A DNA stretch of 36,751 nt, taken from NCBI RefSeq assembly GCF_001194135.2, contig NC_068988.1:97395030-97431780 (forward strand), given 5' to 3'. This document shows positions 1-11,470 of the stretch, piece after piece. The notes below the pieces were generated by a model. It made no database searches and was not told the origin of the DNA. It was given only the letters and a program-made list of their open reading frames with translations. The stretch is from Octopus bimaculoides. Its lineage: Eukaryota. Positions within the stretch are counted from its first letter, which is position 1. Every line of letters starts with the position of its first letter. The position numbers were made by a program, and so were the translations under genes.

Positions 1-4
1 ATAT

Positions 5-45
<41 letters not shown>

Positions 46-51
46 TATATG

Positions 52-91
<40 letters not shown>

Positions 92-640
92 TTTGCATAT
101 ATAGGTAAGTGGTGTGTGTGTGTCTGTGAAATTATTTCTATTTCACAGCCGCCATCTTTTGCATCACTCAGCTATTTTCTTCATCTCCGATTCCTTTTCG
201 TCGACCTCTTTTATTTTATTCAGTTATTCTTGAATTCTAAGCTTCCTTTTCTTCTTCTTCTTCTTCTTCTTCTTCTTCTTCTTCTCCTTCTTCTTCTTCT
301 CCGCCTCCTCACCCTCACCTCCTTTTTTGTTCTTCTTCTTCTTCTTCTTCTTCTTCTTCTTCTTCTTCTTTTTCTTCTTATCCACTTTCTCCTTCTTCCT
401 CTTCTCCCTCCACCTCCTCCTCCCCTCCTCTTCCCCATTTCCACCTCTCTTTCTTATTCTTCCTCTTGTTCTTTTTGCTCTTTTGTTATTTTTGCTGTTT
501 TTGTGACTGCTTTTTGTTCCCCATCCTCCTCCTACCACCAAAATCACCAACACCGCCACTACTACTACTAGCTCCTTGTTTTTGTTCTTGTTCCTGTTCT
601 CGTTCTTCATCATCATCATCATCATCATCATCATAATCTT
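1..640. repeat. Compound microsatellite block: (TA)n, (CTT)n, (ACT)n, (CAT)n
   Basis: Directly visible: (TA)n 1-92, (CTT)n about 250-375, (CAT)n about 608-632. Source of the poly-Leu/Arg/Lys ORFs. Confidence 0.95.
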
Positions 641-899
641 CATGTTCTCCTCTTCCTTCTACTTCCTTCCTTCCTGTATCTCCAACGAATGCAAATGGCG
701 GTTCCCTCCATTACTCAGTCAAACCATACAAACGTATCTTTTCTTATCTAATCTCTGCAATCGCATTTCTTTCTGCTAATCTGAAGTTGGTATAAAAACC
801 GAACTAACTTGAAAGATAACATATTGCCAAAGTTAAAAGTTTGCATTACAATAACGGCACCAAGTAGCCATAGAATCACACCATTCTCATCCAGCCTTT

Positions 900-1254
900 C
901 TTTGTCTCAACACACACACGCACGCACACACTCTCTCTCTCTCTTCCCTCTCTCTCTCTCTCTCTCTCTTCCCTCTCTCTCTCTNNNNNNNNNNNNNNNN
1001 NNNNNNNNNNNNNNNNNNNNNNNNNNNNNNNNNNNNNNNNNNNNNNNNNNNNNNCTCTCTCTCTCTCTCTCTTCCCCCTCTCTCTCTCTCTCTCTCTCTC
1101 TCTCCCACTGTTTGTCTCCCTTTATCTTTGCCTTTCTTTGTTTCTCTCCTGTGTCTTTTTACCCTCTCTTTTCTATGTGCTTTCCTTTTCTTCAATATTC
1201 TTCCTCTTTCTTTGTCTTTTTTCTTTTTCTCTCTCTTCTGTCAGTCTGTCTGCT

Positions 1255-1289
<35 letters not shown>

Positions 1290-1530
1290 CTCTTCAACTT
1301 TCCTTCTCATGTTTTTTCAAGATTATTTCGTTGTTTCTCTGTCTTCCCCCCCCCCCTCTCTCTCTCTCTCTCTCTAACTTCTCTCATCTGTTTTGTCCTT
1401 TCACACCTTTCCTTGCTTTCTTTCGTTCTTTTCTACTTTCTCTCTCCTTCCCCTCTCTCTCTAGCTCTCTGTCTATTTGTCGATCTGTCTGTCTCTCTCT
1501 CTCATCTCTCTCCCCCTCTCTCCTCTCTTA
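900..1530. repeat. (CT)n-rich polypyrimidine low-complexity tract with N-gap at 985-1054
   Basis: Directly visible degenerate (CT)n/(CTTT)n; explains ORFs 809-1531 and 1128-1799. Confidence 0.9.
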
Positions 1531-2093
1531 ATCAATCAAATCATCTTCTGCTCTTCTCAACGGCAGAGATTGGAATTTGTCTCCAGAATCTTCCCCGGAA
1601 GCTAGAAATAGATTTGTTGTACTTCTCTGTAAACCAAATGACACACATAATCTTTTTATTTATTTATTTACCTTCTATTTCATTCATTTCTAATAAAGTT
1701 ACTTTAAAAACTATTTTCTCCTCTTTTCCTTCATTTTCTCTTTCTTTTTTCTTTCACCTTCATTTCTTCTTACCTCTTGTGCCTTTTCAGTATCAATAAC
1801 AACAGGACCAACACTATCACTATCAACATTATCGGTTATCAGTGCTATCGCTATCAACACTATTACAGCCAACACTATTGCTCCCAATATTATTGTTCCA
1901 AAGGCTAAGAGTAAAAACACTTTTACTCTCACTACTATCCCTCCCTCCACTCACCCTCGTTAACGGTTCTCAACCAACATTATCACTATCCATTCTAGAA
2001 ATACCAACATTTCCGCTCTCAACATCTCCATTCCCGACATTATCACACTCAATACTATTGTCATTGCTTAATCAATATTATTATTGTAACACT

Positions 2094-2300
2094 AAAGCGG
2101 TGAGCTGGCAGAGTGGTTAGCACGCCGGATAAAATGTTTTGCGGCATTTCGTCTGTCTTTACGTTCTGAGTTCAAATTCCGCCGCAGTCGAGTTTGCCTT
2201 TCATGAAATAAGTAACAGTCGCACACTAGGGGTCAATGTAATCGACTTTCCCCATTTCCAAAACTTTGGGCTTTCTGCCGATCGCACAAAGGATTATTAG
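2094..2300 (+). mobile_element. tRNA-derived SINE, family A
   Basis: A-box-like GAGCTGGCAGAGTGG, B-box-like GAGTTCAAATTCC, shared core GTCGA..TTTGCCTTTCAT...GGGGTCAATGTAATCGACT, tail ending GGATTATT. The same modules recur in many copies in the window. Confidence 0.8.
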
Positions 2301-2307
2301 TAACTCT

Positions 2308-2500
2308 AAGGCAGCGAACATTTGAAGCGTTGGACAAAAATGCTTTGCGGCATTTCTTCCGGTGCGTTCAAATACCACCGAATTCAGTTTTGTCTTTCAT
2401 TGTTTTGGGGTCGATAACATAAATACTACTCAAGTACCGAGGTCGATGTAAGCGAATAATCCCTTCCATTTCTTCACTTTGAACCAGAATTTGAAACCGT
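2308..2500 (+). mobile_element. Degenerate family A SINE, head-to-tail with the previous copy
   Basis: Same GTTCAAAT..TTTGTCTTTCAT..TTTTGGGGTCGATAA..GGTCGATGTAA modules, more diverged. Confidence 0.65.
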
Positions 2501-2658
2501 TAAAAGCAAGAAACAAACAGATTTCTTGTCAATAGAGAAAGAACCGGATCCTAACCTAGATCCAAGGCACCTTCATTGGAATTTCAACATCAACAATAGG
2601 GTATTTTTGTATGTGTGTATGTATGTTGTTAGGAAGTTATAAATCATAATGTGAAGTG

Positions 2659-4308
2659 TCTTTTATTTTGGCACTACGGCCACAACACAGTGGGGACAAA
2701 AGCATAAAACGAATGAAAATGTTATGTTATATAAAAATGAAAAAGGAAATGGCTGCATGGGCCCCACTCCCATACAGTATCATTTGAACGTTCATACAAA
2801 CTATTTACAATCGTTCTATTATCTTATTGTTTTATCTTATTCTCGTTTTTTCTTTTTCTTTTTAAAGATACAATTTTACTTTTGTCCTTCTTTCTTCAAT
2901 AAAACAATTTTACTTTTTTCCTTTTGATATTTCATGAAGGGTTCGAATTCTTTTAACTCCACTACAGGTGGAAATTCATCGAACTCCGCCATCACTCCTG
3001 GCAGGTCAATCCCTTTCCCACACATGTCGTTTAGTCTGTTGTAGGTGTCCTTGTCAACCACGATGGCCTTCACATTCTCGGAATACACATCCGTGGCCAA
3101 CTTAACTCTTATAAATATGTTTAAACTTTAATATTTTCTTTTCAGTTTCTTTGCTTTTTGCGTCACAAAATTCCATCGAAATCATTTTTTTTCTTATTAG
3201 TTTTCTCTTGTCCTGCTCCGCTCCTGGTACCTTCTTTTATTCCACCACTTTGGACAGTCTCTCCACTTGCGTTTCTAAATTTTCTCCCTCCACTGGAACA
3301 ACCGGTGCCTTCACCAATGTCTCTTCCTTATGCAACTCCTCTTTGAACGCTTCAAGTTCCTTTTCGCTTACTTTGTCCACCACCATTTTGTCTTCCTTCC
3401 TTCTGGTCTCCTCCTTTTCCATCTCTTCTTTCTTCTTTTTCTACTGCTCTGGCGGAGAACTCACTCTCCCACTTCTCTTTTTTTAACCACTCTGAACCCC
3501 TCCTTCGTTGTTTTCTCCTTGATCCCGACCTGTAACACATGGCCCGTGCTCTCCTACCTCTCCGTCTGCTCTATCTGTTGTTCCTTCTGGGGGCACCTCA
3601 CCTTCATGTGGCTTTTTTCCCCATATGTATAACATATAGGCGGCTGCCCTCTACCACCACTCTCAATCTTACGTCGTTGGGCAGCACTATCTCTTCGACA
3701 ATTCTGTTTAGGTCTTCCACTGTTGCTTGAACCGTTAACTCTATTCCATATCCCCAGTAGTTAACACTTTTGCGTTCTTGTGGCCTTCAGTATCTTGGCC
3801 TCCTCATTCATGTCATACATTATGGCTGTCATCGGCCATACATCTTTCAGCTCTGGGGGCACTTTGCCAACTCGCACCCTGGCCACACGTTTGCTACAGT
3901 ACGATGACAAAAGTACGCATTCTTCTGATCTTATTGCCTCCGTGGTGTGCTTAATTGCTTCCTCTTCTGATGCACCTCCACAGTAGCGTACTTTGTCCCT
4001 CTTGTTATAAATGCAGTTAGTCTTTTTATATTCTCCAAACACCCTTCAATAGCCTCTATTGTCGCTATTTCTATTTTCCTTGTTGCTATCTTCATTGTCT
4101 TCTGTATCACCGTCCTTTTCATTACGTTAGTCGTTAGTTCGACAGGCGGCGTTAATTTCAGTGTATTTCCATTTCTTTCCACCAACTTCTCGCATTCCTT
4201 CATTTTTCATGGTTCAACCTTTATTTCACGTACTTCCAGTGTTTCCACGTTTATCCCTTTTCCAGTTGCAGCCGCATAACTGTGGCCACCTGCTGGCGTT
4301 CTCTTCAT
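2659..4308 (-). pseudogene. Frameshifted Tx1/L1-like non-LTR retrotransposon ORF1 (RRM-like region plus CCHC knuckle, ZCCHC3-like) followed directly by a 3' UTR; no ORF2
   Basis: ATG at 4308 (MKRTPAGGHSYAAATG...). Stitched frames give RVARVRVGKVPPEL...VNYWGYGIELTVQATVEDLNRIVEEIVLPNDVRLRVVVEG then PPICYTYGEKSHMKVRCP (C-x2-[C>Y]-x4-H-x4-C, 3593-3634), a Glu/Lys-rich region and a stop at 2876. The UTR ends in AAATAAAAGA near 2659. At least four frameshifts. Confidence 0.7.
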
Positions 4309-4334
4309 TTTTCCCACAATGGGAATAAAGCAAC

Positions 4335-4481
4335 GGATCTTTTCCTTTTTGCCGGCACATAGAAAAAAAAAATTTTTTTTAATGATGTTTTAAATGACAC
4401 ATTCTATCAGTATAAGAAATTTGAAAGTGTTTAGTTATAAGAAATTTTTTTTACTATGTGCCGGCCAAAAGGAAAAGATCC
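4335..4481. mobile_element. 147-bp MITE with 28-bp TIRs and a probable 8-bp TSD
   Basis: GGATCTTTTCCTTTTTGCCGGCACATAG (4335-4362) is the reverse complement of 4454-4481 with 1 mismatch. Flanks are AAAGCAAC (4327-4334) and AAAACAAC (4482-4489). Confidence 0.8.
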
Positions 4482-4568
4482 AAAACAACAACAATTCAAA
4501 AACACTAGCAACAATTTGAACCGTAACAATTAACCAAACAAATATTTAACACTATGACTTACGTTCTT

Positions 4569-4749
4569 ATTTCTTTATTGTCCACAAGGGGCTAAACATA
4601 GAGGGGACAAACAAGGACAGACAAACGGATTAAGTCGATTATATCGACCCCAGTGCGTAACTGGTACTTATTTAATCGACCCTGAAAGGATGAAAGGCAA
4701 GGTCGACCTCGGCGGAATTTGAACTCAGAACATAACGGCAGACGAAATA
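4569..4749 (-). mobile_element. 5'-truncated family A SINE with 25-bp TSD (4544-4568 and 4750-4774)
   Basis: Minus strand has GAGTTCAAATTCCGCCGAGGTCGACCTTGCCTTTCATCCTTTCAGGGTCG and tail ...CCCCTTGTGGACAATAAAGAAAT. ATTTAACACTATGACTTACGTTCTT occurs identically on both sides. Confidence 0.85.
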
Positions 4750-4774
4750 ATTTAACACTATGACTTACGTTCTT

Positions 4775-4800
4775 ATTTCTTTATTGCCCACAAGGGGCTT
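4775..4800 (-). mobile_element. 26-nt SINE 3' tail fragment with its own 18-bp TSD (4757-4774 and 4801-4818)
   Basis: ATTTCTTTATTGCCCACAAGGGGCT matches the tail of the adjacent SINE (1 mismatch). ACTATGACT(T/G)ACGTTCTT is repeated on both sides. Confidence 0.7.
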
Positions 4801-5879
4801 ACTATGACTGACGTTCTTCCTGACAAGAAACAACTCGAACCGCCTGTGAAGTAAACAGGAAAACAGTTTTCATGCTGCACTGTAAGGGTGAAGTCCATTG
4901 TTAAAATGGGGAGGGGGCGCTAGAGTTATTAGCCAAAAAAAAATAAAACTGTGAAACTATGACAAATTGGTTAGACCCTGGCAAACTTTATAAACAGAGA
5001 TAATTTTACCTGCCAGTTTTTTCTTTTTGTTTTGTGAGTGTTTATTCTGCGAGATAAATTTGTTCAATTGGATTCTGGAAGTTCTGATTACCTGTTTAGT
5101 TTATGCACTTTGTGTTAGGCATTTACGGATTTATTTTATGCTCCAAGAATTTCTGTGTCACATCTGGGTGAGTACAAAAAAATCTCTTACGTTATTTTAT
5201 GTTATATTTATGTGAATTTTGAACCCTGCATTTGTGTAGTAATTTTGCTAGTTATTTTCTGTGAAGATAAATGTTAAAATATGTAGAAATAGCTAAAGGG
5301 GGTATGAATTTAAATTTTTCATGTAACCAATTTTTTGGTATTAAACAACTAACTGCAAATTTCGTCTAATGGTTAACTCAGCTGCTTGTATCAAGCAATT
5401 TTGTGTGAATTTAAAGCAAACTAACTTTTTGTTTGACTATTTAATTTTAACAATAATTATTGATGTAGTCTGGCAGCTGTTTTGTGTCATGAACTTTTAG
5501 TTTAAATGGTTGCTTTGACATTAGATTTAATTACGTTTAGGTCCAAGGTTCGAAATCCAAGGGTGAACACTGAATTTTTGAAGACAGATTGTATAAAGTT
5601 AAGGTTCAAAATCCGATTTTCGAAAACCGAATTTGTACTAAAATGGAAATCCGGATTTTATAAAATCCAAAATTTTTGGAATGCATATTTTTGAAAAACC
5701 AAATTTGTGTGAGGTTAATTTTGGTGAAACCAAAACCGGGATACGGAGTCCGAATTTCTGAACTGTGTATATATGTTACCCTTGTAACTTTTGACTGACT
5801 GCATGTCTGGCGTAGCATTTGCTGCTTGTTCGTGTATATATTTGCTTGTTGTAAGCTGTTTTTATGCTGACTATTAATA

Positions 5880-6395
5880 ATATTTTACAAAACATTCACG
5901 GTGTCTTGTTGTTTTGAATTCACCCTGTCCTCGTTGATTCTGTAAGTTCGGGTTATGGCCACCAAGTCGGAACAATGTATGTGCGTATGAATGTATGTAT
6001 GTATGTGCAAATTTCTATGTCTTATGTATGTATTTTCATGCATATTGCTGCATGTCTAGACATGCTCATATATATTTAAAGGATAATTTCTGGAAAGTTG
6101 TACAAACTTTTACAGTTCCAGTGATGGACTGGATGTGTAGTCTACGAATTAGATTTGTGCTTTCTAGTTTTGAGAATCCTAATTTCTGAAGATTGGTGTT
6201 TAGGCAGTGTATTACATATCCCAGGACCCCAGTAATTACAGGTATAAACCCGAACTTGTAATCTGGATAGAGCTGCTGCAGATTTCTCAATAGTTTAGCG
6301 TAGGTGTTCTCTTTTCCATTGATCTTCAGCTTTATGCCGACATCCGCTGCGCAGCCGATTTCCACAACTCTGCACAGTTTTTTTTTTCTAAAGAT
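5880..6395 (-). mobile_element. 3' fragment of an R4/Dong-like non-LTR retrotransposon (restriction-like endonuclease C-terminus and 3' UTR)
   Basis: KKKLCRVVEIGCAADVGIKLKINGKENTYAKLLRNLQQLYPDYKFGFIPVITGVLG...LQKLGF...ITGTVKVC fits the E-x-x-x-P..K..KY..L..P(I/V)IxGxLG pattern of RLE domains. Confidence 0.75.
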
Positions 6396-6545
6396 GGAAA
6401 GATAGAAATATAGAGTGGTTAAGGCAGATGAAGAGAGAGAGAGAGACAGCAACCCGGTGATTGGGAGTGAGAGAGGGAGAGCAACAGACAAAAGCGGGAT
6501 GAAAGAGAGGGACAGACAGAGCGAGCGAGATAGATAGATAGAGAG

Positions 6546-6577
<32 letters not shown>

Positions 6578-6849
6578 GTTGGATTGCAAGAAAGGAAGTG
6601 TCACATTGAAATATCTTTTTTAAATACAAAACTGTTCCACCCAAGAAACTCGTAACACACACAGACAACTCCACAAACACACACTCTATGACTTTCTCTA
6701 TCTCTCCCACAGTCTGTGTCTGCCTGCCGATCGATCGATCGTACGATCGATCTCTCTCTCTAACCCTCAACAAGTTTTTCCCAAACCACACACTGCCCTA
6801 ACATAAACACCCCTCCCCAACCATTTACTTACTGAATCCTTCTCTTTCT

Positions 6850-6880
<31 letters not shown>

Positions 6881-7699
6881 TTCATACACATAAAACAACA
6901 TAAAAATACGCACACACCGAAACAACTATTCTTCCACACTCTTCTCCATCTCTCTGTCTGCCTGTCTGCCTGTCTCTCTCTCTTTTTTCTCTCTCCATCC
7001 ATACATACATACATACATCTATAAATATAAATACACATATATCTATGTATACACACACATACTCATCTCACGCGCACACATGCAAGCACGCACACACAGA
7101 TGCATGCTATAGTGAGACAAACAGCAACGCCTATTCACCTTCTCTCACCCCCTCTCTTAATCCCCCCTCTCTATCTCTATCATTCCCTCTCCCCCTCCCT
7201 CTCCCACTTACTATTCTCCTTGTCAGAATGGTCGAATATTACATTTCAATCAGATTTCAATTAACTTCTCTGTGTCACACATGCGTGTGTGAATATAAAC
7301 GCATATCTATATCTTTATCCTTAACTATACGCGTGTGAGTGGTTATCTATATATGTGTGTAGGTAACGGAGGGGGGGGGGGCGGAGTTAGAGGGTGTTTA
7401 AATATATTTTAGGAAAGTTGAATTTTTTCTTCTATATATTAATTTCTTAAATTTGTTTATAATTTTTTTCAGAAGCTAACATTTTAATAAAATTTATTGT
7501 CGACGACGGCAGAGATATTTATAAAACTCACCAGGAGTTGTACAAGTGTGCGAGCGCGTGTAGTTTATGTATATATGTATAATATATATACATGTGTGTG
7601 TATGCGCGTTCGCTTATGCGCACGTGTGTGTGTGTATATGTATCTCTCTATATATGTATATATACATATATAGATACCTACTTCCGTAAGAGACGAAGA

Positions 7700-7906
7700 G
7701 GAGCCGGTAGCATCGCTAGCGTTCCGGACAAAGTGTTGGGAGACATTTCGACCGTTTTTAGGGTCTGAGTTCGAATTGTTCCGGGCTCGACTTTGCCTTT
7801 CGTCCTTTCGGAGTCCATGAAATAAGTACTGGTCAAGCACCGGGAGCGATGACTTAGACCCCTTCCCACGAATTTCAAGCCTTGGGCCCAAAGAAGAAAG
7901 GATTTA
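7700..7906 (+). mobile_element. Family A SINE
   Basis: GAGTTCGAATT B-box-like motif, GACTTTGCCTTTCGTCCTTTCGGAGTC core, AAATAAGTACTGG, tail GAAAGGATT. Confidence 0.75.
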
Positions 7907-7980
7907 CAATCTATATAGAGAAAAGGGGCGGGGGACAGAGAGAGAGAGAGAGAGAAATCAGACATATATGCATGCACTTT

Positions 7981-8013
<33 letters not shown>

Positions 8014-8015
8014 AT

Positions 8016-8296
8016 GTGAAGGCGCAATGGCCCAGTGGTTAGGGCAGCGGACTCGCGGTCGTAGGATCACGGTTTCGATTCCCTGACAATCTCCCCGAAA
8101 ACTACGTTAAGGGTACGTGCAGTGTCCGTGGAGTGCTCAGCCACTTGCACGTTTATAAATGAGCTGCGACGTCACTGGTGCCAAACTGTATCGGCCCCTT
8201 TGCCTTTCCCTTGAATAACATTGGTGGCATGGAGAGGGGAAGCTGGTATGCATGGGCGACTGCTGGTCTTCCATAAACAACCTTGCCCAGACTTAT
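8016..8296 (+). mobile_element. tRNA-derived SINE, family B
   Basis: A box TGGCCCAGTGG (8028-8038), B box GGTTTCGATTCCC (8071-8083). Body AAACTACGTTAAGGGT...GGAGTGCTCAGCCACTTGCA also occurs at about 34360-34430. Confidence 0.8.
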
Positions 8297-8458
8297 GCAT
8301 GCATGGGGTCATTCATTTCGGTTCTACCTTCTGTCTCCAAATCTCACTGAGGTCAACATTGCTTTAATCCTTTCGATAAAATAAAGTATTAATGAAAAAC
8401 TGCGGTTGATGTAATCGATTCGCGTTCCCCTTCCTTCAACATTGCTAGCCCACATTAG

Positions 8459-8878
8459 AAGGCGCAATAAAACTCGTTTTGAAAACAAGTGCTTTCGGGT
8501 TCAGTCTCGCTGCGCGGTACCTTGGGCATTTTATTCTCCACAGCCTTGGGCCGCTCAGTGGTTGTGGTGGAGATCGCGTAAATCAAGCTTGGACAGGAGA
8601 CAAACAAGAACACGTATGTATATGTGTGTGTGTGTGTCTGTATATACGTACATACACACACACAGATAGATGCGCACATACACTTTGTTTCCTCACCATT
8701 GCGTGCCTAACAGTGTTGGTTTCTTTATATCCCGTAACTTAGGGGTTTGGTAGAAGACCGATACAAAAAGTACAGATTTAAAAGTAAGTATTCGGGGCGA
8801 CTTGTTCGATTAAATTCTCCAAGGTAGTGCCGCAGCATGGACGCAGTCTAATGAGTGAAACAACTAAAAAGATAAACT
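8459..8878 (+). mobile_element. Degenerate family C SINE with internal (TG)/(TA)/(CA) microsatellite
   Basis: Head GGTTCAGTCTCGCTGCGCGGTACCTTGGGCA, microsatellite about 8615-8680, 3' part CCCGTAACTTAG...GCAGCATGGACGCAGTCTAATGAGTGAAAC. Homologous to 13331-13790. Confidence 0.7.
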
Positions 8879-9478
8879 TTTAAAAAAGGGTAATTGAAAG
8901 GTATTGGTATGAGTATTTTTGTAGTAGGAGGGGAGGAGGAGTAATCGTAGTGGTAGCTGGGGGTGGAGGAGCAGATACAATGAGGAGGCGGATAACGTAA
9001 CTATCATATTTAATATATGTTCTTTTTGCTATTTTCATTCCAGTTTCTAAATGTCTGTTGTTGCCTCTTGTTTGTGTCCCTGTTTAGAATTCCCTCTACC
9101 ACACGCACACACACACACACACCTATACACACAAATAGTTCTGTTTATTGCTTGATCATTTGTCCAGTAAGAAAGTTAATTAACAATCAATGTTCACATA
9201 TTGAAGCTAACAACAATTTTAATTTAATAAGTATTTATATTTAGAACATCGTTTACAACAACGGATCACCAACGAGGATTATCTTGTTCAATACGTGGCT
9301 AAATTTGTGTAGAAAACATGTTTTTTTCCAGCAATTTGACATGCGGATAAGCAGCTCGACACATGCTCACACACACGCACACACACACACACATTTCTAT
9401 CTGTATACATAAATATGTGATATCTGTATAAATGTGTGTATTTATGTATAAACTTATATGTACATGGAGACGCACATG

Positions 9479-9509
<31 letters not shown>

Positions 9510-9656
9510 GAATATATGCATATGCATGTGGGCTTCTGTGTATGTAGGTATGCATGGATGTATATATGCATATATATATGTTTGTGTATATGTATATGTA
9601 TGAATACACACAATGTAAGTGTGCCTGTGTGTGGGTGTATACATGTATGTAAATGT

Positions 9657-9790
9657 AAGGCGGCTAATTTGTAGGATTAGCAGAGAGCGGATTCATTGCC
9701 TTAGTTTTCCTTGCGACTCTTAGTGCGCTGTGTTCAATTTAATCCGAGGGCATTTTTGCCTTTCATCATTTTGGGGTCGATAAAGAAAGT
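9657..9790 (+). mobile_element. Old family A SINE remnant
   Basis: TTTGCCTTTCATCATTTTGGGGTCGATAAA core. Confidence 0.55.
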
Positions 9791-10429
9791 AGTGGTCTAG
9801 TATGGCATTCCTTTCTTCTCCCTTTCTGTCTGTCTTTTGGAGAGAAATTGTCTGTGACCAGACCAGGTGAGGGATAAGATAGACAAAGTCTACAAATGCT
9901 TACATATGCGCAGCTGGATCATTTACGTTGGCTTCCCCGTCAGAGAGGGCTACAGGACACCCTTCTAGTTTTGTTCCGTAATCTTAAAGCGTAATGAGAA
10001 GTTGTATGTCTATCATGAACCCACTCGACAACCATTCATTCAATGTCACGACTCTGCATAGAACAAGGAAACCAATGGTTTTATGTGAAGAGATTCTCCA
10101 TTATTCAAGCGTGCCACATGGAAGTGTTGGTACTTGTCTCCACTTTAGATGAGAATAAATACATATACGTATAACCTATGTAGTAGATATATAAACAGAG
10201 CTAATTTTGCTGTTTCTCCGCAGACTGGAAAAAGAGAAATTATGAAAAGCCTTAATCAACTTGCAAACCAGGTTGGATTCTCATCAGGGGTGTCTCCATC
10301 AATTTGACCAATCCCAAAGAAACGAGCAGCGAATCTGTTTAAATACTCAACAATTCCCGTCAATTCAGCCAACTAGTGCTACTAATTTGCATACCGTAAC
10401 TCAATTTATTTTATGATATACATACATGC

Positions 10430-10468
<39 letters not shown>

Positions 10469-10788
10469 TGCCTAATTACTTTTACATATAACCCTAGCCC
10501 AATGACCTTAGTATTTCACCCATTTCACTCACTCATTTTCCTTTCGTCCCCTTTTTCTTCTTACTGATTCCCCTCTCAAACTCGAAATTTTTTCCCTTTT
10601 CGTTTCATTCTTTCTTTCTTTCTTTCTTTGACTTCTCTCTCTTTGTTTCTCTCTCATTCTTTTCTATGCTTCTTCCATTGATAGTCTGTAGACTGACATA
10701 TTTATTATATATCAACGGACGGAGGTCTCAATGCGTAAAATTCCCCAATTATCTTATGAATACACACATACATGTATGTATGTATGTA

Positions 10789-10832
<44 letters not shown>

Positions 10833-11349
10833 CACACACTACATGTGAGACTCAAATGTTTGTTTTCATATATAAAGAAAACTTTGCCGATATATCACAA
10901 TATGCCGTTCAGCCATACGCACAAACACATATGTTTATATGTATACACTCACGCATACAATCACACACACGCGCGAACACACATTATTTTACTACTCGTG
11001 GGGTTAAACAAACATTGATGTATAATTCTTTCGCCAAACGCGTACGTTCACGCCTCATGTTTCTCAAGATAATTCTTAAAACATTTCAACAGTGATTATC
11101 TCTATTTAAGAAAAAGACCCCCAAGCCACTATCGCAGCCANNNNNNNNNNCCAAGCCACTATCGCAGCCAGCACCACCACAACCCATCGCTATATTATTC
11201 TCATCTCCAATATCACAACTAACATTGAAAACCAGCACAATACCTAACCTTCTCTACATTATTAATAACAAGCTAGACAAAAAGTAACCATTATTTAACA
11301 GCTAACTATTTTGGCAGAAGTCTAGCAAGTTGAAGAGATGAAGAAGCCA

Positions 11350-11470
11350 TGATATCGACTCCAGTCCTCAACGTCGTCTTCGGCGGCATTTGAATTAAGG
11401 ACATGTCCGGAAATATACAGCTAACGCATTTTATCCGGGCTGTTAATGATTCTGCCAGCCTGCCGCTTTA
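11350..11470 (-). mobile_element. Old family A SINE head fragment
   Basis: Minus strand AAAGCGGCAGGCTGGCAGAATCATTAAC...GGATAAAATGCGTTAGC...TTCAAATGCCGCCGAAG resembles the head at 2094. Confidence 0.55.

Noticed and set aside
71-1799. Long ORFs at the window start (166-240 aa)
   Set aside because: Translations of (CTT)n, (CT)n and (CAT)n tracts and an N-gap; no domain content.
6733-6752. 20-bp perfect palindrome GATCGATCGTACGATCGATC
   Set aside because: Explained by a self-complementary (GATC)n microsatellite with one interruption.
11121-11170. Perfect 20-bp direct repeat CCAAGCCACTATCGCAGCCA
   Set aside because: The copies flank a 10-N spacer, typical of an unmerged contig overlap.
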